A stretch of DNA of 64,000 nt from Microbotryum violaceum (lineage: Eukaryota): NCBI GenBank assembly GCA_001244265.2, contig CDLV01000004.1:2604001-2668000 (forward strand), in the 5' to 3' direction. Positions within the stretch are counted from its first letter, which is position 1; the number at the start of each line of letters is the position of its first letter. Shown here in pieces: positions 13,531-26,090 of this stretch. The position numbers were made by a program, and so were the translations under genes. The notes beneath the pieces are model-generated. The model was not told the DNA's origin and searched no databases. It saw only the letters and a list, made by a program, of their open reading frames with translations.

Positions 13531-13748
13531 TGTAGAGGCCTGTATCTCTTGCAATATGTGATGTATCACTCTGGGGAATGTAGTATGATGTATGTACAGG
13601 TCTATAGTACTTCTGGCGGGTGAGACGAGGCGGACAATGCAGTAGTTGCTACATCGGGGTTCTTCCCCGCTGTGCCGCTCCGCGCCCGTGTCAGCGGTTA
13701 AACCTTACGCCGATCGTCACCAGGCAGCAAGCGTAGCTTGCAATAAAT

Positions 13749-16700
13749 TGTTGAGGTAGATTACTCTTGCCTTAAATCTGCCTAGCGCGCGTCTCTATTT
13801 GTATTAGCCGCGCGGTCCAATCGCGTCTTTCCTTCTTCTTCTCCACTTGATTACGAACTCATTGGCTTGCCACTGCCGCCAACTCGTTCAGGTGTGTGAA
13901 GAACTCCTTTATTGCAATCCACTTGATTACGAACTCATTGGCTTGCCACTGCCGCCAACTCGTTCAGCACATCGCTGTTCGACTTCTACAGGTTACGAGC
14001 CCAACGTAGCGGCCCAGCCAACTCGAGTCATCAAGTCATCATGCCCGGTGATACGGACACTGTGGTATCAGGGGGAACAACCTCTATCGTCTATGTCAAA
14101 CCCCGCGATATCGACCCGTCATGCCACCTGCGCAACGCGGGAGGCTGGTCGCAATGGATCAACGACGTCCGTGGAGCTCTCGGGGGCGACTATTGGAACT
14201 GCACGCTTGCGACGCCCATTCAGAAACCCAACGCGCGCACCGACCTGGAGCACGCCAACTTCCAAGCGATCGCGCTCTTGAGGCGCTCGGTCTCCCTCAA
14301 CATCAAGAAGCAGATCAAAGATGGATTCGATCACACTCCCACCGACGTCTTGAAGATGATCAAGAAAGCGGTCGCAGCAGGCACAGTCACCGACATCTTC
14401 ATCAAGCTCCAAGCCCTGCTCGATGCGGGTCCGCCTCCCTCCGGTGTCGACGCGTTCGAGAAGTACCAAGCCAACACCATTGAGCTGTTTAACACTCTTT
14501 CGGGATACAACCTTACCTTTGACCAGGTCATCTCGATACGCTTGATCCACTTTGGCAAGGACCTCTACAAGGAGTACTATACTCAAGCGCTCCGTCAAGA
14601 CCTCGACAAGCTCCCTGATCCGATTGAAGCGCTTCAAACGCTTCAGACTCAAGCTGAATCCACGCCGGCACACAAGCCCGTGGCGATGGTAGCTAGCTTG
14701 ACCGCGACGGACAGATCTTCATCGACTCCGTCAGCTCCGTGCCGACACTGTGGAGGTCCTCACTGGAATCGAAAATGCCCCGTCAAGGACAAGAAGTCCA
14801 AGGCCTCCTCCGCGCCGTCCGCATCACTCGCCGCTGCTCCCGACATCTCGACGTTGGTAGACGGCCCGGTCCGCGGATACCTCACCGCAGCGATGTCCAC
14901 ATTGGCCAAACCTTCCCTCATCCTCGACAGCGGCGCGACGCATCACATCGTCAACGATCGCGCTTGTTTCACCAACTTCCGCAAGTGCAAGCCTGCTCCG
15001 CTCGAGGGCATCACGGGCAAGGCGGTCAATTCGATCGAAGGCGTCGGTTCCGCTGTCGTTCGCTCCTTCGACGGCAGCATCGGTCAACTCCACCACGCGT
15101 TGTTTGTCCCCAGCGCGCCGGTCAGCCTCTTCGCCAGTCGCGCCAACGCCGCGGGCTACGACATCAACCTTTCCCGAGGCAAAGCAACGGTCTCAGTCGA
15201 CGGGTCGATTTGCCACACCGGGGAGATCACGAACGGCTTGTACCACATGCATGCTTCCCTAGTCGACGTCACTACTCTCATCGAGCAACCGGGTGCGTCC
15301 CCACGTGCGTTCGCGGCCGTCCCCGTCTCCATCATGCACGGACGTTTCGCTCACCTTCACCCACGCGCTCTACGACAGCTGATCTCAACTGAGGCTGTGC
15401 TGGGAGTCAACATGGAGGTAGCATTGAACGCAGACTTGAAATGTGATACATGCCAGGCTGGGAAGATCACACATCACCCTTTCCCCACCGTCGCGTCGAA
15501 TCGTTCAGCCCAGCCTCTTGATCGAGTCCACATGGACCTTCTTGCGTTCGACGGCGCCGTGTCGTTAGGCGGCGCAAAATACGCCCTCGTCATTGTCGAT
15601 GATTACACCCGATATCTCTGGGCAATTCCGATGTCGCACAAGTCCGATACCTTTGCGGCCTTCAAGTCGTGGCTTGCAAAGGTCGAGCGCTCCTCGTCGA
15701 GAAAACTCCTGGCAGTCCGCTCCGACAACGGTGGTGAATTCTTGTCGAACGAGTTCTCGAGCTTCCTGGAAGAACAAGGCATCACTCGTCAGCTTTCGAT
15801 TCCCGATGCCCCTCAGCAAAACGGGGTTGCCGAACGCGCAAATCGCTCGATCACCGAGGGTGTCCGATCAATGCTCCACCAGTCGGGTCTATCTCACGCT
15901 TTGTGGGCCGAGGCATTGGCAACATATGTCTACGTCAAAAATCGCTCACCACACTCGGCAAATTCAGGCGTCACACCACACACGCGTTGGCACGGATCGA
16001 AGCCGTCAGCCGGCCATCTCCGCGTATTCGGCTGCAGAGCGTGGAAGGCAGCTACCACCGAAGCGCGCAGCAAACTCGATCCGCGGGGCATTCAACTCGT
16101 ATTCGTCGGCTACGATCTCGAATCCAAGGGATACCGACTGTTTGACCCCGCTACCAGACAAGTTTTCAAATCGCGCAGCGTCACATTCTTCGAGGACGAG
16201 TTCCCAGCCAGGCGGGAGGGCATCACAGCAGCTCACGCGCCCATCGCAGGCGACGACGACGATGACGAAGTCGTTGTACTCCCTGACCAGCATGCCAATC
16301 AGGCACCCCCCGACCAAGCGGAGCTTCCGGCTGCTTTACGTTTCGACGCACCGGGGCCCGCGTGGCAGCCACCCGTGGGTTCGCGCCCGTGCAACCCCCC
16401 AGCTCGTTACGGCGCCCTAGCATCTTTGCGCTCGACCCCTTCTGCCTTCGCATTCTCTCTAGGCAAGGAGGTAACCGAACTTGTTGCTGATCTCGACGCG
16501 GTGGGCATTGACACCTCGACGGCGAATCGACCGCTCTCGGAACCAGAGGACCCGTTCTTGCTCCCGAGCAGTGATCCCACCACGTGGAATGAGGCCATGC
16601 GCCATCCTCACGCCGCGGCATGGAAAGCGGGAGCCATTGAGGAATTCCGCTCGATGAAAGACGATCTCAAGGTGTTCAGCGTCGTCGGACTATCCTCCGT

Positions 16701-18384
16701 GCCCAAAGGAGCTACAATCTTACCAAGTCGTCACGTCTTTCGAACCAAACGCGACAAAGCCGGGAAGATGGTTTCACTGAAGAACCGCATTGTTGCACAG
16801 GGCTGCGCACAAGGCCCAAACAGCTTCAACAACACCTTCTCACCCACGGCTAAGTACACCTCCATCCGCACGCTCATTGCGCACTCGGCCTCGAAGGGCC
16901 ACCACATCATTCAAGCCGACGTTGACAAGGCCTATCTTCACGGTGTGCTGGAGGAGGAGATCTACATGCGGGTTCCAACTGGCATTGAAGGCTACGAAGG
17001 CAAATGCCTCCGCCTTCATTGATCGATCTACGGTCTCAAGCAGGCAGGTCGAGTGTGGAACGACACGATCAACGCCACGCTCGCGAGTCTCGGCTATCGT
17101 CGCCTCGCCTGCGACGAATGCATCTATCGTCATGAGGACGCTGGGGGTGATCACTACATTGCACTCTACGTCGACGATCTACTCTTCTTTGGGCCGGATC
17201 TCGGGGAAATCGATCGAGTCCTTGACCAACTAGACACCCTCTACGGAGTCAAACGCCTCGGCCCGGCCGAATGGGTACTCGGGGTTCAGGTCGTACGACA
17301 CGACGATGGCGGGATCTCCCTTCTCCAGCGCCAATACCTCCTTGACGTCTTGGATCGCTTCAACATGTCCGACTGCAACCCCTGCAAGTCACCCATGGAA
17401 GCCAACCTACAGCTTTCGCCGGAACCCGATACAGACTCCGCCGACAATGCCATCTACCGTTCCATGATCGGCTCACTCATGTACGCTGTTGTTGCCACTC
17501 GCCCTGATCTAGCCCACTCCGTCGGATATCTGTCACGTTTCGTCGGCAAGGCTGGCGACACTCACCTCGAGGCGGCCAAGCGCGTCCTTCGTTACATCAA
17601 AGGATCGCTCGATCTTGGCATACACTACACGCGCACCAGTGCGCCTCTGCTGGGGTACGAGGGGTACTCTGACTCGGACTGGGGATCGGACATACAGACG
17701 TCGAGGTCCACTATGGGTTACTTGTTCAAACTGGCGGGTGGGGCCATCTCATGGTCATCTCGTCTCCAACCTCGCGTAGCTTGTTCATCCACGGAAGCGG
17801 AGTACCTGGGCCTCTCGCATGCAGCCAAGGAGGCTGTCTTCCTTCGCTCGCTCCTCACCGAACTCGGTCTCGATACGTCGTCCCCTTTACGTCTTCTCGG
17901 GGATAACCAGGGAGCTATAGCGCTCACCCAGAATCCGGTCTTCCACGCTCGCACCAAACATTTGCGCATGTTGGAGCATTTCGTTCGGGAGCATGTTCGG
18001 AATGGAGAGATCTCGGTCACCTACATCCCAACCCACGATATGGTTGCCGACATTTTCACCAAGCCGCTGCCGCGAGTAGTCTTCCAGCGTCATTGTGACG
18101 CCATCGGTCTGCGCCGCATTTCAGGCCAAGAGCAAGGGGGGGTGTTGAGGTAGATTACTCTTGCCTTAAATCTGCCTAGCGCGCGTCTCTATTTGTATTA
18201 GCCGCGCGGTCCAATCGCGTCTTTCCTTCTTCTTCTCCACTTGATTACAAACTCATTGGCTTGCCACTGCCGCCAACTCGTTCAGGTGTGTGAAGAACTC
18301 CTTTATTGCAATCCACTTGATTACGAACTCATTGGCTTGCCACTGCCGCCAACTCGTTCAGCACATCGCTGTTCGACTTCTACA
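13749..18384 (+). mobile_element. Full-length Ty1/Copia LTR retrotransposon (Copia-A), recent insertion
   Basis: 242-bp LTRs TG..CA at 13749-13990 and 18143-18384 (1 mismatch seen); 5-bp TSD TAAAT (13744-13748, 18385-18389); PBS GGTTACGAGCCC at 13991; PPT AGCAAGGGGGGG before 3' LTR. Confidence 0.97.
14041..18153 (+). pseudogene. Copia-A gag-pol polyprotein (Zn knuckle, protease, integrase, RT, RNase H) with a single in-frame stop
   Basis: CRHCGGPHWNRKC; ILDSGATHH; VHMDL..VDDYTR..RSDNGGEF..PQQNGVAER; QADVDKAYL; YVDDLL; YSDSDWG..SSTEAEY..DNQGAI. TGA at 17020-17022 is in frame with the downstream ORF 17053-18153. Confidence 0.93.
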
Positions 18385-19716
18385 TAAATATCATAGGGTG
18401 GAGCAAACGTTTTTTTCTTGCTGACTAGAATACTTATGCGGTAATGGCATAATCACTACATGGGTGAGCTGTAGTGTTCCTTAGGCCTGCAATCGTTAGC
18501 ACCCTTATTCGAGAAAATTCAAACATTCGGCGAAAGCCCTCTGGGGCCGCGCCAAAACTCGCAGGCACTCGTCGTTGGACGGGCTACACCGGCAAACTCA
18601 CGAATGCCCCTGAAAGCAGCTCCTTTCCTCAGAGCTTCACACGCTCACTGGTCTTTCCCCCCACTCTCTCTTTCTTCTTACACATAAAGTCCTCACGTAA
18701 ACACTCCTCCCTATCTTAGTCGCGCGGAAATACTGTGCATCTCGAGCAAACGACGCCCAGCCTACCAGCTGCAGCCTGCCAGCTGGGTCGAGTTCATTTC
18801 TTCGCGCGCGACCGGTTTAGAGCGGTTTAGAGCGGTTTAGTCCGGTTTAGCGACGCGCGCGCTTCCACTAAACCGTTGCTAAACCGCCTTAAACCGCTCT
18901 TAAACCGCTTGCGTTAAACCTGCTCGCGAGCAGGTTTAACGCGGTTTAAGCAACGGTTTAAGGTCCCCGGCGTCCAAACTCGAGCCAGCCATATGATGAA
19001 TCACAGCCTCCGAGTCAATGCAGTGACAACAGACTTATAATGTTCCTCAATACACTCTCATGCATCCTAGACCGACTAAGAATGTTATACGCATCTTATC
19101 TTTTTGTTATTCAAAAACTATATACTTATGGCTATGATGGCATGTTGTTTGTGGTTCACGTTCGGTGCTGATTCCCAGGCAGCGGGAAGACGGTCTCGCG
19201 CGTCGACGCGCCCGACTGTTCTTGAGCTCCAACCATCATCCCTTTCGCGTTTCACCACACTTCACTTTTGCACTATTGGAACATTTCCTTCGTTTACGGA
19301 AGTCCCATTCTTAATCTATGATGCGCACTCGATCGTCTAGCGTTGCTTTTTCTTCGTCACCACCGCCTCCAAGATCGCGAGGCGATACCCATCTGAAAGC
19401 TAAGCGGACGCGACCCGACCCGACGTCGTCCACACGTCGTTCGCAGCCGACCAAGTGTGAGCTTGCTTTGCTGTGATTCTGCACCTGGGAGGGGGGGCAC
19501 TTCAACTCACGTCTCGCCGCTCTACAACTGCTCCCAGATCGGGTACCCTCGAAACTGCTGCAAGCGAGGCAAGGGCCCGTCCCGGCGCGTCAAAGCAACA
19601 GGCCCCCCTCGTCGTCCTCATCCTCGGAGGGCGCCCCTTACCCCGTCAAAAGTATGTATCGGTCATCGTACTGGCGTGTATCAAGCAAAGAGCTGACGGA
19701 AACTGGCAACGTGTAA

Positions 19717-21903
19717 ATGCTCATGCGAACCTCCGAAGCCAAGGCCAAGGTTCGCAAGGGGTCTGAGAAGCGACAGAGTCTGAGCTCGTCGCAAACCTCG
19801 AAGCGGACCAAAACGACTCCGCCGGCCAAAACGTCTTCCCCGACCCTATTGACGAAGTCGTCGAAATCGGAAGACTTTCCCGCAAGGTTAGATTCCGACG
19901 CGCCGCTCTATTTCGAGTTTCTCAAGCAACACGACATTGTCGCGGCCACCCTAACTAAACACGCTCCGGCGACCGAAAAAGGAAAGCGCAACCCCACTTA
20001 CAACAAGAAGCGCGACAACGCGTTGTATGAGGTAAAATCTTGAGTTGCCAACTCGCATGCATCCGACGTCGATCTCTCTGGTACGCGTCTTACTTCTCGT
20101 TTGAACTATCGTAGATGATGGAAGGGGTGTACAGCGAGCGCCCGGACATGGCGCATTTCTTTAGCCCCGACGCGAAGGCCCACAGCTCGGGCCGGCCTGA
20201 AAAGAAAATTATTATCGAACGCGCAATAGGATGGTGGAAACGGTAGTTCTCCAGCTTGAATCAGACTTCCGATCCGGCAAGAGCTGATAGAGTTGAACGC
20301 CCGCTGCAGAGAGAAAGCAAAGTACAGGAAGGCTCGTGAACAGCTGGGTGAAACCGGTCAAGGTCTCACGTCTCCCGCCGACCTCGAGACGATCAATGAC
20401 CCCGCTGTCCGAGAGAGGTACAGTACGTTTTGCGATTAGATGGCTAGTTGGACAAGTTGGCCTTATCAACAGTTTTACAGCTACCACCATGGCTTCCTAC
20501 GCTTCCTATTGGGACATGTTACAACTCTGTGGACAAGGCAACCCCCACTTGGGTGAAACTAAGACGTCGAACTTGGATTCCGATGGGTCATCCTCGGCGT
20601 TGCTCGCGCGAACGCTCGAAGTTTCGAAAGGGCAGGCGGCTAGGCTCCACGAGATTACAAGCCATCTCGAAGGGGCGACTGGTGATCACAATATGGAGCT
20701 CTCGGACAACGACTCAACCACTTTCCCGACCTCGGACTGGCCAGCCTCTGAGACCGGAGATCTCGTAACTGATGAGGCCAGGAGCTCTGAGGGGGAGGAC
20801 ATACCGGAGGACACGGAAGAAGAAGAAGAAGATGACCACATCGTTAGTATCCACGCTCTAAGACCGCGGTAGATGTGCCACTGACTCTTTTTCAACAAAA
20901 AAGATAAAAAAAACTAAAGAGTCGGGAACGTGTGAGAAGTTAAAGGAAAAAAATCCCTTACCAAGGCTCAAATGAACGACGATTAGTACCAAGTCGATGA
21001 TCAATTGGTTTAGAATCTTCATATGCTTCATTACACGGAATGGTTAAAGAACAAATTGGCTCAGCCAACGAAGTCTTAATACCCTTATTTACGCGCTATT
21101 CTTTTTCATTCTTATTGGAAATCTTATTGGTAACGTTCCATACTCATTTGCTATTGGAACAAGTGCTGTAGTGTCAATTGGATTAAGCTTCACTGTATTC
21201 TTTGGAGTAACTATTTTAGGTCTTTATCGACTTAATAGCGGATACGGGCATCTGGGACATTTTGCAGGCTGCCAATCACCCCTTGACGACCGCCGACAGG
21301 TACGGCTCGGAACCGGGAGCGTCGTCGAGAGGCCGATCTTATACTTCTCCGCCAAGTGTCGCAATCAGAGCCGAGGAAACAACTTTCAATCAGGAAGAGA
21401 ATGATGTGCCTTCAGATCAGACCATTACCAGCAAACCTAGGTCAGTGCGCCGCCCATCGTTCCGCAGCCCTCAGTTCGAGCCGACGAGCAGGCTGACCGG
21501 TTGGCAGACCCATGCTCCTTAGTCGCGGAAAAAGCGTGCTCGAGATGGCAAATCGGACATGCGACCTCGCCGCTCAGGAGAATCATCTACGTCGCGACCC
21601 CGATCCCAGCCCAATGGTGACAACCGAGTCGAGAACGTCTTGGATGCGCACTCGCGCTTCCTTGCCAACAGCCAGGCCGATCTCATGCAAGCTTGCGACG
21701 CGACTTGGGCTCGCACCCAGGCAGCGAAGGACAATCTTGCCAACCGAAGAGCGCTTGACCAGTTGCAGATGGAACGAAGCAAGTTTTATTTCAAGGAAGT
21801 TTTGTCATGGCCCGCTGAAGTGCAGGCCCAGTACCGCTTAGTCACCGATGTTGACCGGTTCCTGCGCGGTGAGGAAAGCTATGCCATTGGAAGTGCCTCA
21901 TGA
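19717..21903 (+). CDS. Probable Harbinger second (accessory, Myb/SANT-type in other Harbingers) gene, spliced, boundaries approximate
   Basis: Run of + strand ORFs inside the TIRs converging on the transposase, as in PIF/Harbinger architecture; no Myb motif confidently recognised. Confidence 0.4.
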
Positions 21904-22024
21904 TGATGAGCAGATGGTATATATAGGTAGGAATTGTCATTTCACATCAGGCAAGACTCGTTGGTTATCAAGATATGACTCAATTTGTAATTACAATGAC
22001 ATCACATCAGAGAACATGGCAAGC

Positions 22025-23935
22025 TCATGGTCTCCTCAAAGGATGATGTCTCAGTATTTCGCTGCGTCTACGATCTCGAATCGACTTGGCTATGCGGAGC
22101 TCAGCCCGACGCTGTACCGCTTTGGACTGATTCGCTGCCTGGTCTAAGTCCAACTGCTGTGTTTCATCATTATCAGCCGGGGTGCTGGCTCCCGCTTCAT
22201 TGCGCTGAGCGCGTTCGTATTGCTCGCGTGTTGGTTCCTCAGGTTCGACTGGCCGATGGTAATCGAACTTGCCCACAAACCAGTCGACCTCGGTTGCGAA
22301 TCGATGTGCAACGATGCATGCGCTAACCCACTGATTTGCAATTTCGAATTGGTCTTTAGAGTTGATGCGGAGCGCGAGCCGCTTCAAGGACTGAAACCGA
22401 GACTTGAGATAGCCGATGGTGTGCTCGGATCGACAGCGCGCACGTGAGACATAGTAATTGAAACGCTTGTTTTGTCGAGAGTCTCGCTCCCCGCGGGAAT
22501 AAGGAGCTGGTTTAGGCATTGCACAACAAGTTCGTCAGATATTGGGCGCCTGCAGGAAAAAAATAGACCATCTGCTTACTGAGCACCCAGCTTTCCGAAG
22601 GATAGCCCGAGTCCGCGAGAACGAAGTCTTCTGGATCCAAAAGTGTTTCTCGAAGATTGTGAGTCCTCGATTGTCTCCAAATGGTGACGTCGGCGGCCGA
22701 CCCGGGCGAACCAGTAGTATAATCAATGATGCGTCCATCTGGTGTATTGACAATCTGGAAGCAAGAAGGTTGCGCGCGGTTGGTTCAGAGCGCCTAGATA
22801 GCGTGTAGAGAAGCAGGACTCACTTGAATATTGAGAGCGGCCCGGCATTTGCGACTGGTGAAGCTTGCGCCAAACCACTGTGGCGTGCGCGACAGCTCAA
22901 TGAGAGAGCCGTCAACACTCATTCAAGAACAAACCCTCGCTACTATGCCATGCACCATCCGTTCCTCCATTCAGGGCATGTTTTGCTCTCCATCCACGCT
23001 TTCGACAGCTCGCGCTCCGCCTGATTGGGCCAACGTATGATTCGGCGACTAAAACTCGGTTCGTTCAGCGCTAGCAGAACTCTGTAGGTAAATTTGACCA
23101 CTGATCCCATGCTGCGACCGGACCATTCAGCGGCCGCCTTTGCCGATGCCCTGTTCCCGTAGCCGCCAAAGCGCCATAAAGCGACGGCGAGCTGGATTTT
23201 AGCCGGTGTCTGAGGTTTTCTTCCTCGGGATTTGAACACGGCGTGATCCTTTATCTGACAAAACATGGGCAAGACGTTCAGGCCACAGACTAAAGCACCT
23301 GTGATATCACACGGTCATAAGGAACTCACAGCTTTGTGTAACTCGTCGAATGCCTTCTTGCTCATGCAAATATCCGTCAAGAAAAGGTCGTGGTCGCGAT
23401 TGCAATCCACATCCAAACACCTCATCAGCCCGTGGCCGGGTCGTCTGCCGGCGTATTTCTTTGCCCGATTCGCGTAGCGTTGTCCCGCGAGTTCTTCTTC
23501 TTTGCGGACCAACATCTCTAGGTGGTCCTGAAGAGCCTGTATTAAGCGGTAGTTCATGCGAAAGTGATGGGTGCGGAACGTCCTCAGCCTGTCAAGAAGG
23601 TCAGACCGGTCGTCGGACACTTCGAGCGATTCGGGCCAGAATTGGGAAACCCAAGTATCAACGAGTGGGGTTTCCGGGATGGAAGAGCGATTAGCTGTGC
23701 AGTTGGTAACATTGGCGGATCGCAGGTTTTCCGATGGTGAGAAAGAGGCTGGAGGCAACGACGCGTCGGAGTCGGTGTCCATCGCGTCCGACAACAAGTC
23801 GGACTTCATCTCCTTGTCAGTCTCCAGCAGAATGGATTGGTTGAGGGATAAGAGGTCTCGAAGAGCCCTTTCCGTTTCTTCGATCTCGACGCGAACATCA
23901 TCACGTTTCCGTTGAATAGCGCTTTTGCGGACCAT
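22025..23935 (-). CDS. Harbinger/HARBI1-like DDE transposase (DDE_Tnp_4), spliced; integrity uncertain
   Basis: MSKKAFDEL, QLAVALWRFG, GRSMGSV, IIRWP, WRNGWCM..VDGSLI, SRKCRAALNIQ, GSAAD, LADSGY, FNYYVSRARCRSEHTIGYLKSRFQSL. Confidence 0.85.
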
Positions 23936-24144
23936 TGTGAGGAGTTGAGAACGAAAGCCAAGAGATAGTTCGAGTGAGCGCGGATTGACGCGCTGAGAAG
24001 TGCCTCTGAGAGGCAACCATCACCTTCGATCAGAGGCGACTAAATCGGACGCGCGCGCGCGGGGCGTTCATTTCAAAATGCCTAAACCGACACTAAACCG
24101 CAGGAACAGAAAACGCGCGATTTTCAGAAATGAACTCGGCCCTG

Positions 24145-26026
24145 AAGGCTTCGCAATCGGCTGCCAGCACGCCCGCCAAGCAAGAAAAACCGACCGACGG
24201 CATGCCGTCCACCATTGTCGTCCCGGAAGCCTACATGCTCAAAGGCCGCGAGAACTTTGTCGAATGGGACGGCTTTCTCAACATGTTCCTTCCGGACAAT
24301 GTCTACAACTACCTCACCGGGGGCAGAGATAAGGTGAAGTGGACCGACGCCTACTACACACGCGGACAAGAGTACGCATCGCGGGTCCTCATCGCTTCCA
24401 TTGATCCGATCTGCTCCTCGGACATCATTCCGATTCGCCAGATGAAAGGCACGGCACACGGGTGCTGGCTCGAACTTGCCAGTCGCTACCGCCCCAGCGA
24501 CGCTCAAGCCGCCGCGACCCTCGTTGGCGACTTCTGGAACCTTCCGCCGATCCCCACAACCGAATCCGGCTTCAATCAGTGGGCTGGTCATGTCCGCATC
24601 ATTGTCAACTCAATGAGAAACCTGAACATCGATTTCGAACAAATCCTTACCGCACACCTACTCCTCTACATGCCGCAACTGTACAACAATTGGAAGTCTA
24701 CCTTCAACCAGCGTCAGGCCTCGGCCACCACGCTCCCAAAAATCGAAGACCTCATCTTCTCCCTTTGCCGTGAAGTGAGATCAATGAGCGAACACCCCAT
24801 TAACGGCGCCACTCCAACATATGTCGCGTCTCCTCAGCCAGCAACAAACTCTCACAACTGATCCAATGCGAGGTCACAGCGACCAAACGAAGCCTCTAGC
24901 CCCTGCCCAGTATGCGACGAAGGCAAACACTGGGCTGATCAATGCCCTGACACCGACCGTTGCCGCAAGTACTTCGAGCTCAAGTCGGCACTTTGAGACT
25001 TAAAACTCCAGAAGTCAACCACCTCTCCCGAAAATGTCTCATCCTTCGCAGCCATTTGCGCCCCGGCACCTTACGTGACGGTGCCGCCTTTGTCCCAAGA
25101 ACTTGACAACTTCTTCTTGTTGTTCCACACAGCCACCCCAAATTCCACTCAACCGACAGACTTCCTCCTTGATTCAGCCTCGCCTTTCCACATCGTCAAT
25201 GACCGCTCCCTATTTTCCGGCCAACTCAAACCCTCATCTCATCACATTGTAGGCATCGGCGGCCAAACAGCTGTCAAAGGCACTGGCTCAGTCAAACTCC
25301 GCACCAAATGGGGAGTTCTGGTCCAACTCAACAACGTCCACTTGGCGCCCAATGCTCCCACCAACATCATCTCAGTCTTCCAAATGGGTTCCAAAGGCGT
25401 CATCACATCTTTCACCGGGGGTCGAGCCAAACTCAGCACCGTCCAATCGGGTATTTTTGCAACAGCTACAGCCACCATGTCCAAGCACTATTGTCTCAAT
25501 GTCACCCTTGCAACCACTCGCAAACTCCCCGTCCAAGAATGGCACACGTCCAAATCACCGCCACGACCCCGCCCCAGCCAACACAGTTCCTTCATCGCTT
25601 TTTCAAAACCATCAAAGTCAACCCCACCCCGCACCCGCCCAGACTGGACCACCCCTAACCGCTTTCAACTCTTGCCTACCAATGTCTCAGCTTGACTGGC
25701 ATGGAAGCATGGGGGGGTGTCAGAACCCAATCATATTTGATTCTCTTTCAATCCTATTTACTTCTCATGCCACTATTTCACTCCTACTTTGCACTCCTTC
25801 TTTAGCCTATTCCCTCTACGCCGGATCCCAGCGCCTGATTGAGACTTGGTTGACACGTTGGCTTGGGTCGAAGTCGCGCGCCTCGCGGGTGCTCGTCTCT
25901 CTTCCTTCTTCATCCATCTTCCATCCTCAATCTTGTGCTCGTACTCAACCCCCTGAGTCGGGATCCAGACTTCTAATATTGTACGCATTGAGGATCTGCT
26001 GCTTGACAGCATTTGAAAGCTTGACA
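24145..26026 (+). mobile_element. Internally deleted Copia-like remnant (gag, Zn knuckle, protease, then PPT and 3' LTR)
   Basis: LKGRENFVEW gag motif; [28 protein letters not shown]; no integrase or RT; GGGGGGG then TGTCAGAA at 25718, candidate LTR end TTGACA at 26008 or 26026; no matching 5' LTR seen. Confidence 0.75.
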
Positions 26027-26090
26027 TGGGAGACAGAGGCCACTAGGGTGGGCAGTGGATTGGTGAAGGAGTATCAACTCATGGCGTTGG

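Larger units (their letters stand above)
18786..24141. mobile_element. PIF/Harbinger DNA transposon, apparently complete, two convergent genes
   Basis: 16-bp TIRs GGTCGAGTTCATTTCT (18786-18801) and AGAAATGAACTCGGCC (24126-24141), 1 mismatch; flanking 3-bp direct repeat CTG; subterminal CGGTTTAG/CTAAACCG repeats at both ends; internal HARBI1-type transposase. Confidence 0.85.

Noticed and set aside
13665..13700. GC hairpin as a minus-strand Helitron 3' end
   Set aside because: Imperfect stem, no clear CTRR terminus and no linked helicase.
17020..17022. Programmed readthrough in Copia-A
   Set aside because: The stop lies inside RT rather than at the gag-pol boundary and fits a TCG>TTG mutation.
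24001..24015. Palindrome TGCCTCT-G-AGAGGCA giving MPLRG ORF starts on both strands
   Set aside because: Short palindrome with non-ATG starts; no support for function.
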